Below, piece after piece: positions 1-9,256 of a stretch of 64,000 nt of DNA. The position numbers and the translations under genes were made by a program. Each line of letters opens with the position of its first letter. Position 1 is the first letter of the stretch. The stretch is from Xanthobacteraceae bacterium (GTDB lineage Bacteria; Pseudomonadota; Alphaproteobacteria; Rhizobiales; Xanthobacteraceae), in contig JBAPUM010000112.1 of assembly GCA_049282655.1 (NCBI GenBank), positions 2,945-66,944 on the forward strand. Reading direction: 5' to 3'. Below the pieces are notes generated by a model that had not been told where the DNA came from, made no database searches, and worked only from the letters and a program-made list of their open reading frames with translations.

Positions 1-66
1 CTTCGGATCGGCCTTGTAGCGTTCCTTGATCGGCGCCTGCAGCGCGCGCAACCCCGCGGCGTCCAT
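1..66 (-). CDS. partial CDS, first 22 codons only (continues off the 5' edge); hypothetical, N-terminus reminiscent of OsmC-family proteins
   Basis: ATG at 66..64 (minus) with GGAGGG 7 nt upstream. Translation MDAAGLRALQAPIKERYKADPK stays open to position 1. Absent from the ORF track because it has no stop in the window. The family guess is from memory only. Confidence 0.3.
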   Translation of the reverse strand, partial: MDAAGLRALQAPIKERYKADPK

Positions 67-189
67 GGGCAAACCCTCCGTTTGTTGTCCACGAAGTTCT
101 TTGCCGATGTCTATAAGGGCATGGGTGCGCAGCACAAGGGCGGCGCGCGGTGGCTGGAGAACGAAGACTCCGCAGAACGCGGCATTTTT

Positions 190-927
190 TTACGGTCGAA
201 TCATTCCTTCGCGAAGCGCGATCGCGACGGCTTGCACGCCGTTCACGGCATTGAGCTTGCGCCGCGCGGTCGTGACATGGGCGTGAATGGTGCGCTCCCT
301 CACTCTGAGAATTTCGCCAATTTCCCAGGCGGATTTGCCGAGCGCAATCCAGGTCAGCACCTCGGACTCGCGCGGCGTGAGTTTCGGCGCAAAATTTCGA
401 GCCTTCACATGCAACCCGTGCACCCGCTCGAACGCGTAGAGCGCCATGAGATGGAGCGATGGCAGGTTATAGGCCGGCAGATCGAGTGATTTACCGCCCA
501 TCCACACATGCCCTGTCGGGGTGTCCAGCGAGGCGACCGGAAAAACAACGCCTTCAACCAAGCCGAAATCCAGGGCGCGGTGGACGACCTCCAGCGCTTC
601 AGGCTCGCGCTCGGGATCGTAGGGCGCTTCCTTATACCATCGGTAGGGCCGCACCATCTGTCGGCAGTGGCGGATCGACGGATCGACGCGCAAATAGTTT
701 CGTTCACGGTACAGGTCGACCCATCCCTCCGGCAATTCGTGGGCCAGTAAGATATCGTCCAAATTCTGGGCCGGAGTCGGCAGAAAATAGAAGGCAGAAT
801 ATTCGACCCCAAAACGGCCGAGCATCGCTTGCATTTCTCTTATTATCGCTTCGGTCGTGGGAAGTGCTTGCACCCTCTCGATGAAATCAAATGTCTCGGA
901 GCTGATGTCGAGATAGCGCCTAGGCAC
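190..927 (-). CDS. LuxR-family transcriptional regulator with N-terminal autoinducer-binding-type domain (LuxR solo)
   Basis: 245-aa ORF. C-terminal GerE/LuxR HTH (LTPRESEVLTWIALGKSAWEIGEIL..TIHAHVTTARRKL). N-terminal region carries the W..Y..DP..W pattern (EGWVDLYRERNYLRVDPS..YRWY) typical of AHL-binding domains. Confidence 0.85.
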   Translation of the reverse strand: MPRRYLDISSETFDFIERVQALPTTEAIIREMQAMLGRFGVEYSAFYFLPTPAQNLDDILLAHELPEGWVDLYRERNYLRVDPSIRHCRQMVRPYRWYKEAPYDPEREPEALEVVHRALDFGLVEGVVFPVASLDTPTGHVWMGGKSLDLPAYNLPSLHLMALYAFERVHGLHVKARNFAPKLTPRESEVLTWIALGKSAWEIGEILRVRERTIHAHVTTARRKLNAVNGVQAVAIALREGMIRP

Positions 928-1079
928 TGCTCAGTCCCTTCAACGGGCTTAGGTTCTTTTCGCACGACGCAGATGTGAATTAAATCAACTAGTCGTTGCG
1001 ACGCTTTCACATTATCGTTTTACGCGATGCGAGGTCCGGCGTCAGCCCGCCGCGAGATCACGAATACGCGAGCCTGCAG

Positions 1080-1871
1080 TCACCACCACAAAGCCGCACC
1101 AGCCTCGGCTTTCGGCTCGCCGCCGGATTCGGCTGCGGCACGGTCGAGCGAACGGTCGAGCGCGGAAAGCACGCGTCGTTTGGCGAAATCGAAGGCCGCC
1201 GACTGGCGGTCGCGCGGCCGCGACAGATCGACGCTGATCTCGTCGAAGATGCGGCCCGGCCGCGGACGCATCACCATGATGCGGTCGGCGAGCACGATGG
1301 CCTCTTCGACATCGTGGGTGACCAGAATCAAGGTCGGCTTGGCGTCGGCCCATAGATCGAGCAGGTGGTCCTGTAGATCGGTGCGCGTGAACGCGTCGAG
1401 CGCGGAGAACGGCTCGTCGAGCAGCAGCACTTCCGGGCGCGGCACCAGCGCACGCGCGATCGCAACGCGCTGCGCCTGACCGCCGGACAGTTCGCGCGGC
1501 CATACGGCCGCCTTGTCGGAAAGACCGACACGCATGAGCGCTGCCGCGACGCGCTGCCTGCGCTCGGATTTCGGCCGCGCGCCGAGACCGAAGCCGACAT
1601 TGTCGGCGACGTTGAGCCACGGCAATAACCGCGGCTCCTGGAAGATGATGCCGATCTTCTCGTGCGGCGCCACGATTTGCTCCCCGTCAAGCAAAACGGC
1701 GCCGTCACTTGGCGGATCGAGTCCGCCGATGGCGCGCAGCAGTGTCGATTTTCCGCACCCCGAGCCGCCGATCACGGCGACTATTTCACCGAGCGCGACG
1801 TCGAGCGACACGCCGCCGAGCGCATGCACACCGTTCGGATAAGTCTTGCCGACGCGGTCGAGGATGAGCAT
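1080..1871 (-). CDS. ABC transporter ATP-binding protein, NitT/TauT (sulfonate/taurine/nitrate) type
   Basis: Walker A GGSGCGKST, signature LSGGQAQRVAIARAL, Walker B LLLDEPFSALD, H-loop VTHD. Last gene of an SBP-permease-ATPase operon. Confidence 0.92.
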   Translation of the reverse strand: MLILDRVGKTYPNGVHALGGVSLDVALGEIVAVIGGSGCGKSTLLRAIGGLDPPSDGAVLLDGEQIVAPHEKIGIIFQEPRLLPWLNVADNVGFGLGARPKSERRQRVAAALMRVGLSDKAAVWPRELSGGQAQRVAIARALVPRPEVLLLDEPFSALDAFTRTDLQDHLLDLWADAKPTLILVTHDVEEAIVLADRIMVMRPRPGRIFDEISVDLSRPRDRQSAAFDFAKRRVLSALDRSLDRAAAESGGEPKAEAGAALWW

Positions 1872-1899
1872 GCGCCGATCCTAAAGTGGAAATCGCTCG

Positions 1900-1917
1900 T
1901 TCCCGCGAAAGCGGGAA
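1900..1917. repeat. REP-like GC hairpin (TTCCCGC-GAAA-GCGGGAA) between the permease and ATPase genes
   Basis: Perfect 7-bp stem with a GAAA loop, read directly. It sits in the 97-nt intercistronic gap 1872..1968. Confidence 0.6.
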
Positions 1918-1968
1918 TCCAGCTCTGCGGACAGGGGACGCGCGGATGACAGGGCCGAACTCATTATT

Positions 1969-2820
1969 CTAATCCTGCCTGACCACGTCTTCCCAGCGCA
2001 GGAACGGCGCGGCGATAAGCGCGATCAGCCAGTCGGTCGTCTTGCCGACGATGGCGAAAGCGACAATGGCGGCGACGATCTCGGCCGGCTTGCCGAGCTG
2101 CTGGCCGTCGATCAACAAATAACCTAGCCCCTCCGAAGCTCCCATCAGCTCGGCGGCGACGACGAACATCCAGCCTAGCCCGAGGCCCGACCGCAGCGAG
2201 ATCACATAGGCGGGCAGCACCGCGGGCAGCAAAATCCGGCGCACCATCTCGACATCGGACAGACGGAAGGCGCGGCCGACCTCGACCAGCTTGCGGTCGA
2301 CCGATTGGATCGCACCCATCAGCCCGAGATAAACCGGAAAGAACACGCCGACCGCGATCAACGTGACCTTCGAGGCTTCGAAAATACCGAGCCAGAGAAT
2401 GAACAGCGGCACCCAGGCGATCGACGGAATGGCCCGCAGCGCCTGCAGCGTCGGATCGAGCAACCGGCGAATGAGCGGCGAATAGCCGGCCGCAGCGCCG
2501 AGCACCGTTGCGACCGCGACGCCGATGCCGAAACCGGCGCCGACTCGGGCCAAGGTGACGAGCGTATTGCGTTGCAGATCGCCGCTCTGCCAAAGATCGA
2601 CGAAGGTGGCGAAGATGACGGACGGTGGCGGCGCCAGGCGTCCGCTTGCCCAGCCCATGCGTACGACGAGTTCCCAGGCCAAAGCCGCAGCGACCGGCAA
2701 TATCAGACCGAGCGCGGGACGTGTCAGCCACGCCCAGCGGGTTCCCGCCGCGCGTTCGCGCGCCGGCGTGCCTTGGTCGGAAGCGCTCTGGGCGGCAATG
2801 GTCATGCCGACAAGAGACAT
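1969..2820 (-). CDS. ABC transporter permease (NitT/TauT family, BPD_transp_1)
   Basis: 283-aa polytopic membrane ORF with a typical SsuC/TauC-like sequence (..LRAIPSIAWVPLFILWLGI..). Flanked by SBP and ATPase genes on the same strand. The start may be the internal M6. Confidence 0.9.
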   Translation of the reverse strand: MSLVGMTIAAQSASDQGTPARERAAGTRWAWLTRPALGLILPVAAALAWELVVRMGWASGRLAPPPSVIFATFVDLWQSGDLQRNTLVTLARVGAGFGIGVAVATVLGAAAGYSPLIRRLLDPTLQALRAIPSIAWVPLFILWLGIFEASKVTLIAVGVFFPVYLGLMGAIQSVDRKLVEVGRAFRLSDVEMVRRILLPAVLPAYVISLRSGLGLGWMFVVAAELMGASEGLGYLLIDGQQLGKPAEIVAAIVAFAIVGKTTDWLIALIAAPFLRWEDVVRQD

Positions 2821-2868
2821 CGTGACACCAGCAAATGCAATGCGCCGCGACGGACCGCGAAAGCGTGT

Positions 2869-3846
2869 CTAAGCCGCCGTCACGAAGCGGTCGTCGATGA
2901 GATCGTCGAGCGCCTTCTTCACATCGACGTTCGCCGCAATGACGCCAGCCTGCTGCAAGGCGAGGCCCGCCTGCAGGATAGTGTCGCGTTGCGGCGGTCC
3001 GATGCGGCTATTGCTGAGATCGGTGCGCTCCTTGAGCTGGATATCGACGACCTCGCCGGGCAGCTTGGTGACATCCATGAAGACGCGTTTCTCGTCGTCG
3101 TAGTTGGCGAGACAAAATTTGCGCGCCTCCTCGTAGATGGTGAGTACCCGTTTGGTCAGATCGGGATATTTGTTGAGAAAGTCCTCGCTCGCATTGAGAA
3201 TGCCGTAAGTATTGGCGTCTTTGTTGCGATAGAACAGCCGCGCGTCGTCTTCGACTTGCGCCGCCGCCATCATCGGGTCGAGACCGGCCCAAGCGTCGAC
3301 ATCGCCGCGGATCAGCGCGGTCTTGCCGTCGGGATGCTGGAGCAACACCGGCACGATGTCCTTTTCGCTCAAGCCCACCGATTGCAGCGCGCGCACCAGA
3401 AAGATGTGCGGGTCGGTGCCGCGCGTCACGGCGACGCGCTTGCCCTTGAGATCTTCGATCTTGTTGATCGCCGTGTCCTTGCGCGTTACCAGCGCGGTCC
3501 ATTCCGGGCGCGAAAAAACGTAGATCGACTTGATCGGGTTGCCGCCAATCTTGCCGAGCAAAGCGGCTGAACCGGCGGTCGAACCGAAATCGATCGAGCC
3601 GGCATTGAGGAATTCGAGCGCCTTGTTGGAGCCGAGCGATTGCACCCAGCGCACGCCGATGCCGTCTTTGGCGAATTCGGCTTCGAGGAGACCCTTGCCC
3701 TTCAGCACCATCGAGACGGGATTATAGGTCGCCCAGTCGATGCGAATTTCGCCGGGCTTGTCGGCGGCGCGAGCGCCACGGACAAAGCCGAGCGGCACGA
3801 GCCCCGCGCCAACGGCGCTTGCCAGCAAGCCTCGACGTGACAGCAT
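2869..3846 (-). CDS. ABC substrate-binding protein, aliphatic-sulfonate (SsuA/NMT1)-like, Tat-type signal
   Basis: N-terminus MLSRRGLLASAVGAGLVPLGFVRGARA (RR signal). The body resembles the SsuA/TauA periplasmic binding fold. First gene of the operon. Confidence 0.85.
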   Translation of the reverse strand: MLSRRGLLASAVGAGLVPLGFVRGARAADKPGEIRIDWATYNPVSMVLKGKGLLEAEFAKDGIGVRWVQSLGSNKALEFLNAGSIDFGSTAGSAALLGKIGGNPIKSIYVFSRPEWTALVTRKDTAINKIEDLKGKRVAVTRGTDPHIFLVRALQSVGLSEKDIVPVLLQHPDGKTALIRGDVDAWAGLDPMMAAAQVEDDARLFYRNKDANTYGILNASEDFLNKYPDLTKRVLTIYEEARKFCLANYDDEKRVFMDVTKLPGEVVDIQLKERTDLSNSRIGPPQRDTILQAGLALQQAGVIAANVDVKKALDDLIDDRFVTAA

Positions 3847-3909
3847 GGAGCGACCCTCCGGATTACAAATTGCAAAGATTATTCTTTAAGAGAGCCCGCC
3901 ACACCAGTC

Positions 3910-3932
3910 AATTGGAAATAAATACTCCAATT
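3910..3932. promoter_or_regulatory. candidate operator: perfect inverted repeat AATTGGA-N9-TCCAATT in an AT-rich divergent intergenic region
   Basis: Read directly. Lies 64 nt upstream of the SBP start (3846) and 117 nt upstream of glnD (4049). The surrounding 3847..4048 is visibly AT-rich compared with the rest of the window. Confidence 0.4.
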
Positions 3933-4048
3933 TTGGGGATTTATAGAATATCGCCGACGCCACCAAGTGGCGCCTATTCCATCCTGTTTTATCCAATAGG
4001 TCATCATCGGGCGATGACTCGACGGTTCCGCTCCGCTATGGCGTAGCG

Positions 4049-6856
4049 ATGATGTTGGACAGCCACCGCTCCCCGCGCCCGCCGGTCGAACTCATCGACA
4101 CCGATTCGATCGTCGCCGACCTTAGGGAACTGGCGCGGACGCATGCCGGCCGCGAGCGTGAGCTGCGTACCGCGGTGGCGATGCGGCTCAAGACGGCGCT
4201 GACGCAGGCGCGCACGCAAGCCGAAGCTCTGCTTCTCGCGGACCGCCACGGCCGACGCTGCGCCGAGCGGCTATGCCAGTTGCAAGACGAGATCATCCGC
4301 ATCCTGTTCGAATTCGCCGGCTCCGAGCTCTACCGCTCGTCGGTGCCGTCGGAAGCCGAGAGCATGACGGTGGTGGCGACCGGCGGTTACGGCCGCGGTC
4401 TTTTGGCGCCCGGGTCCGACATCGATCTGTTGTTTCTGTTGCCCTACAAACAAACCGCTTGGGGTGAATCGGTCGCCGAGGCGCTGCTCTATTGCCTGTG
4501 GGACATGGGACTGAAGGTCGGCCACGCCACGCGGACGGTCAGCGAATGTATCCGCCAGGCCAAAGCCGACATGACGATCCGCACCGCGATGCTGGAGTCG
4601 CGTTATTTGTTCGGCGACATCAAGCTCTACAACGAGCTGACGACGCGGTTCGACAAAGAGGTGACGCAAGGCACCGCGCCGGAATTCGTCGCCGCCAAGC
4701 TCGCCGAGCGCGAGGAGCGCCACCGCCGCGCCGGGCAGTCGCGTTATCTGGTCGAGCCCAATGTCAAGGACGGCAAGGGCGGCTTGCGCGATCTGCACAC
4801 GCTGTTCTGGATCGCCAAATATGTCTACCGCGTGCGCGAACCGGAGGGCCTGATCGCGCGCGGTGTCTTCGATCGCGACGAATACAATATGTTCCGGCGC
4901 TGCGAGGATTTTCTCTGGTCGGTCCGCTGCAACATGCATTTCCTCGCCAGCCGCGCCGAGGAGCGGCTGTCGTTCGATATTCAGCGCGATATCGCGGTGC
5001 GGCTCGGCTACACCGCGCACCCCGGTTTGCGCGATGTCGAACGCTTCATGAAGCACTATTTCCTCACCGCGAAGCATGTCGGCGACCTCACCGCCATTCT
5101 GTGCGCCGGCCTCGAGGACATGCAGGCCAAGCCCGCGCCGGTATTGAGCCGCATGATCGCGCCGTGGCGTTCGGCGCGCGGCCCGAAGAAGCTCGACGAC
5201 ACCGACTTCGTCGTCGACAATAGCCGCATCAACGTCGCCCGCGCCGACGTCTTCAAGCGCGACCCGGTCAATCTGATCCGGATGTTCTGGCTCGCGCAAA
5301 AGCACAATCTGGTGCTGCATCCGGAAGCGATGCGCTTGGCGACGCGATCACTGCGGCTCATCGACAAGAACCTGCGCGACAACAAGGAGGCGAACCGCCT
5401 GTTTCTGGAAATCCTGACCTCGAAGAACGCCGCCGAAATCGTGCTGCGGCGCATGAACGAGGTCGGCGTGCTCGGCGGTTTCGTGCAGTCCTTCGGCCGC
5501 ATCGTCGCGATGATGCAGTTCAACATGTATCACCACTATACGGTGGACGAGCATTTGTTGCGCTGTATCGGCGTGCTCAACGAGATCGAACGCGGCGGCA
5601 GGCCGGAATTCGCGCTGTCGAGCGAATTGGTCAAAACCATCCAGCCCGAGCACCGCGCCGTGCTCTGCATCGCGCTATTCCTGCACGATATCGCCAAGGG
5701 CCGGATCGAGGACCATTCGATCGCCGGCGCCCGCATTGCCCGGCGCTTGTGCCCGCGCCTGGGGCTCAACGCCGCCGATACCGAGCTCGTGACCTGGCTG
5801 GTCGAGGTGCATCTCGTGATGTCGACGGTGGCGCAGTCGCGCGATCTGTCCGACCGCAAGACCATCGAGAATTTCGCCGCGGTGGCCCAGTCGCTGGAGC
5901 GGCTGAAGCTCCTCACCATCCTCACCACCGCCGACATCCGCGCGGTCGGCCCCGGTGTATGGAACGGCTGGAAGGCGCAGCTTTTGCGCACGCTGTATTA
6001 CGAAACCGAGCCGGTGCTGACCGGCGGCTTCTCCGAGGTCAACCGCGCCCAGCGCGTCGCGGCAGCCCAGGCCGAATTCCGCGCCGAGCTGCGCGATTGG
6101 CCGCAAAAGCAGATCGACACCCATGTGGACCGGCTCTATCCGGCCTATTGGCTCAAGGTCGACCTGCAGCACAAACTGGCGCATGCGCGCTTTGTGCGCG
6201 AGATCGAGGCGGCAGGAAAAACGCTCGCGACCTCGGTCGGCTTCGATGCGGCCCGCGGCGTCACCGAACTCACCGTGTTCGCGCCGGACCATCCGTGGCT
6301 GTTGTCGATCATCGCCGGCGCCTGCGCGCTTGCCGGCGCCAATATCGTCGACGCCCAGATCTACACCACGACCGATGGCCTCGCGCTCGACACCATCTCG
6401 GTGTCGCGCGAGTTCGATCGCGACGAGGATGAAGGCCGGCGCGCGGCGCGAGTCGGTGATGCCATCGAGAAGGCGCTGCGCGGCGAGCTCAAATTGCCCG
6501 ATGTGGTGGCCAAACGCGCGCCGCCCAAGGGCCGGCTCAAGGCGTTTGCCATCGAGCCCGAGGTCACCATCAATAATCAGTGGTCGAGCCGCTACACCGT
6601 CGTGGAGGTCACCGGCCTCGACCGGCCCGGCCTGCTCTATGAGCTGACGACGACACTATCCAAGCTCAATCTGAATATCGCCTCGGCGCATGTTGCGACC
6701 TTCGGCGAGCGCGTCGTCGACGTGTTCTACGTGACCGATCTCCTCGGCGCCCAGATCGCGACGCCGGCCCGGCAGGCCGCGATCAAGCGGCCGCTGCTCG
6801 CGCTGTTCGCTGCGCCTAGCGAAGGCAAGCCGACGAAAGAGGCGGCGGCGGAATAG
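4049..6856 (+). CDS. glnD: [protein-PII] uridylyltransferase / uridylyl-removing enzyme
   Basis: 935 aa. Nucleotidyltransferase motif GGYGRGLLAPGSDIDLLFLLP, HD domain (HHYTVDEHLL..LFLHDIAKG), two C-terminal ACT-like domains (..VVEVTGLDRPGLLYELTTTLSKLNLNIASAHVATFGERVVDVFYV). Confidence 0.97.
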   Translation: MMLDSHRSPRPPVELIDTDSIVADLRELARTHAGRERELRTAVAMRLKTALTQARTQAEALLLADRHGRRCAERLCQLQDEIIRILFEFAGSELYRSSVPSEAESMTVVATGGYGRGLLAPGSDIDLLFLLPYKQTAWGESVAEALLYCLWDMGLKVGHATRTVSECIRQAKADMTIRTAMLESRYLFGDIKLYNELTTRFDKEVTQGTAPEFVAAKLAEREERHRRAGQSRYLVEPNVKDGKGGLRDLHTLFWIAKYVYRVREPEGLIARGVFDRDEYNMFRRCEDFLWSVRCNMHFLASRAEERLSFDIQRDIAVRLGYTAHPGLRDVERFMKHYFLTAKHVGDLTAILCAGLEDMQAKPAPVLSRMIAPWRSARGPKKLDDTDFVVDNSRINVARADVFKRDPVNLIRMFWLAQKHNLVLHPEAMRLATRSLRLIDKNLRDNKEANRLFLEILTSKNAAEIVLRRMNEVGVLGGFVQSFGRIVAMMQFNMYHHYTVDEHLLRCIGVLNEIERGGRPEFALSSELVKTIQPEHRAVLCIALFLHDIAKGRIEDHSIAGARIARRLCPRLGLNAADTELVTWLVEVHLVMSTVAQSRDLSDRKTIENFAAVAQSLERLKLLTILTTADIRAVGPGVWNGWKAQLLRTLYYETEPVLTGGFSEVNRAQRVAAAQAEFRAELRDWPQKQIDTHVDRLYPAYWLKVDLQHKLAHARFVREIEAAGKTLATSVGFDAARGVTELTVFAPDHPWLLSIIAGACALAGANIVDAQIYTTTDGLALDTISVSREFDRDEDEGRRAARVGDAIEKALRGELKLPDVVAKRAPPKGRLKAFAIEPEVTINNQWSSRYTVVEVTGLDRPGLLYELTTTLSKLNLNIASAHVATFGERVVDVFYVTDLLGAQIATPARQAAIKRPLLALFAAPSEGKPTKEAAAE

Positions 6857-6860
6857 TTTC

Positions 6861-6878
6861 CCCTCACCTTTGTGGGGG
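6861..6878 (+). repeat. GC hairpin (CCCTCAC-CTTT-GTGGGGG) 5 nt after the glnD stop; REP-like or terminator-like
   Basis: 7-bp stem including one G-U pair, read directly. No U-tract follows, so it is not a canonical intrinsic terminator. Confidence 0.3.
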
Positions 6879-6922
6879 AGGGAGCCCGCTGAGTAACCGG
6901 CCCTTAAACCGCCCAATCTACG

Positions 6923-9046
6923 GTGTTTTCAGCGCCTGCTTGGCGTTGGGGACCGGCTATGGCTTGGCGGGAGGGACGCAAGGGGACGGGGGGCTTAAGC
7001 CTCGACCTCCGCCTGCGTCCGGAGGACCGTACCGGCGGCCCGCCGCATTCCCGTTCCGGCGGCCCGCGCCGCGGCAGCCATAGTCCGCCGCCACGCCAGA
7101 CCAAGAAGCGCAAGCGCTCGGGAAAGCGCCGCTCGGGTTTCGGCCGCCTGATCTATTGGGGCATCGTTCTTTCGCTCTGGATGCTGATCGCCGGCATCGG
7201 CACGCTCGCTTGGATCGGCATCCATCTACCGCCGATCCAGTCGCTGGAAATTCCGAAGCGGCCGCCCTCGGTGCTGATCCTCGGCGTGAACGGTGCGACG
7301 CTTGCCACCCGGGGCGACATGGGGGGCGCCGCGGTGCCGCTTCGCGAATTGCCGGACTATGTGCCCAAGGCCTTCGTCGCCATCGAGGACCGCCGCTTCT
7401 ACTCGCATCACGGCGTCGATCCGCTCGGTATCGCGCGTGCGCTGGTCGCCGACGTGCTCCGCCGTGGCGCCTCGCAGGGCGGCTCGACCATCACGCAGCA
7501 GCTCGCCAAGAACCTGTTCCTCACCCAGGAACGCACCGTGTCGCGCAAGCTGCAGGAGATCGCGCTCGCGCTCTGGCTCGAGCACAAATATTCCAAAGCG
7601 GAAATTCTCGAGCTCTATCTCAACCGGGTCTATTTCGGTGCCGGCGCCTATGGGGTCGAGGGCGCCGCGCAGCGCTATTTCGGCAAGTCGGCGCGGCAAT
7701 TGACCATCGCCGAGGCCGCTATGCTGGCCGGCCTCGTGCAATCGCCGTCGCGGCTCGCGCCGAGCCACAATCCGGACGGCGCCCAACGCCGCGCCGCGAT
7801 AGTGATCGCCGATATGGCGGAGCAGAAGATGATCACGCCGGACTCAGCGAAACTCGCGCTCGCCAATCCGGCGCGCGCCATCCATCCGTCGGGCGGCGGC
7901 TCGGTCAATTACGTCGCCGACTGGGTGATGGACGCGGTCGACGATCTGGTCGGGAAATTCGACGAGGATATCGTCGTGCAGACGACGATTGATCCAGCGC
8001 TGCAAGGCGCCGCCGAGCAGGCCTTGGACGACACGCTCAACGCCAAAGGCGACAAGCTCAATATCGGCCAGGGCGCGCTGGTGGCGATGACGCCCGACGG
8101 CGTGGTGCGGGCGCTGGTCGGCGGCCGCAATTACGGCGACAGCCAGTTCAACCGCGCCATCGACGCCAAGCGCCAGCCCGGCTCCTCGTTCAAGCCCTTC
8201 GTGTATCTCACGGCGCTGGAGCATGGGTTGACGCCGGACAGCGTGCGCGAGGATGCGCCGATAGCCGTGAAAGGCTGGAAGCCGGAAAATTTCGAGCACG
8301 AATACGCCGGCCCCGTGACGCTCACCCAGGCGCTCGCCAATTCGCTCAACACGGTGTCGGTGCGGCTCACGCTCGAATTCGGGCCGGAGGCGGTCATCCG
8401 CACCGCCTATCGGCTCGGCATTACCTCGATGCTCGAACCCAACGCCTCGATTGCGCTCGGCACGTCGGAAGTCTCGCCGCTCGAAATGGTGTCGGCCTAT
8501 TCGACCTTCGCCAATGGGGGCCTCGCGGTGACGCCGCATGTCGTCGAGCGCATCCGCAGTGCCGACGGCAAAACGCTGTACGATCGCGCCCAGCCGCCGC
8601 TCGGCCGCATCGTCGATGCCCGGTACGTCGGCATGATGAACACCATGATGCACGAGACACTGGTGTCGGGCACCGCCCGCGGCGCGAGCCTACCCGGCTG
8701 GCCCGCCGCCGGCAAAACCGGCACCAGCCAGGATTTCCGCGACGCCTGGTTCATCGGCTATACCTCGCATCTCGTCACCGGCGTCTGGCTCGGCAATGAC
8801 GATAATTCGCCGACCAAAAAGGCGGTCGGCGGCGGCCTGCCGGTCGAAGTCTGGAGCCGCTTCATGCGGGTAGCCCACCAGGGCGTGGCGCCGACGGCGC
8901 TGCCGGGCCTCGGCGCGTCGTGGTTCAACCCCGCCCCGCCCCCGGCCGCCGTCCCTGCCCCCGGCGCCGGCGATCGCAACACTCAACAAGGCACTGGGGG
9001 CGGCCTCGATTTCTGGCTGCTCGACAAACTTTTCGGGCGGCACTGA
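6923..9046 (+). CDS. mrcA: penicillin-binding protein 1A family (bifunctional transglycosylase/transpeptidase)
   Basis: GT51 motifs EDRRFYSHHGVD, GGSTITQQLAKN and RKLQE. Transpeptidase motifs SSFK (SxxK), SLN (SxN) and KTGTS. TM anchor LIYWGIVLSLWMLIAGIGTLAWI. The true start within 6923..7140 is uncertain (Arg/Pro-rich leader). Confidence 0.93.
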   Translation: MFSAPAWRWGPAMAWREGRKGTGGLSLDLRLRPEDRTGGPPHSRSGGPRRGSHSPPPRQTKKRKRSGKRRSGFGRLIYWGIVLSLWMLIAGIGTLAWIGIHLPPIQSLEIPKRPPSVLILGVNGATLATRGDMGGAAVPLRELPDYVPKAFVAIEDRRFYSHHGVDPLGIARALVADVLRRGASQGGSTITQQLAKNLFLTQERTVSRKLQEIALALWLEHKYSKAEILELYLNRVYFGAGAYGVEGAAQRYFGKSARQLTIAEAAMLAGLVQSPSRLAPSHNPDGAQRRAAIVIADMAEQKMITPDSAKLALANPARAIHPSGGGSVNYVADWVMDAVDDLVGKFDEDIVVQTTIDPALQGAAEQALDDTLNAKGDKLNIGQGALVAMTPDGVVRALVGGRNYGDSQFNRAIDAKRQPGSSFKPFVYLTALEHGLTPDSVREDAPIAVKGWKPENFEHEYAGPVTLTQALANSLNTVSVRLTLEFGPEAVIRTAYRLGITSMLEPNASIALGTSEVSPLEMVSAYSTFANGGLAVTPHVVERIRSADGKTLYDRAQPPLGRIVDARYVGMMNTMMHETLVSGTARGASLPGWPAAGKTGTSQDFRDAWFIGYTSHLVTGVWLGNDDNSPTKKAVGGGLPVEVWSRFMRVAHQGVAPTALPGLGASWFNPAPPPAAVPAPGAGDRNTQQGTGGGLDFWLLDKLFGRH

Positions 9047-9256
9047 GACGGACGCCAGAACGCCCGACACCGTCGGTCATGATGCGGTGATGCTGACCGA
9101 TTTTTCCAACGTGAAGCCAAACCGACGACCGCCGCATCGCTGACAATTGAACGGGATTCAATGCCCGCGCATCTTGCACGCGTGGTGCTTTGAAGGCACT
9201 TTCGCGGTCTGGCCGGGCGCTGATATGATCCGCAGAGGATTCGGAAACAGGGGGCT

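Noticed and set aside
160-190. T7 run after a short CCGC..GCGG stem near the luxR stop, possibly a terminator.
   Set aside because: The T-run is on the plus strand while both flanking genes are on the minus strand. The stem is only 4 bp.
3860-3874. Sigma-54-like GG-N10-GC spacing (CGGATTACAAATTGCA) upstream of glnD.
   Set aside because: Only the GG and TTGCA parts match, and the -24 element is otherwise poor. glnD is not a typical RpoN target. In an AT-rich stretch this can arise by chance.
9047-9256. 210-nt non-coding gap after the PBP gene, considered for a small RNA or terminator.
   Set aside because: I could not define a convincing stem-loop with a U-tract or any conserved motif by eye. 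Left unannotated.
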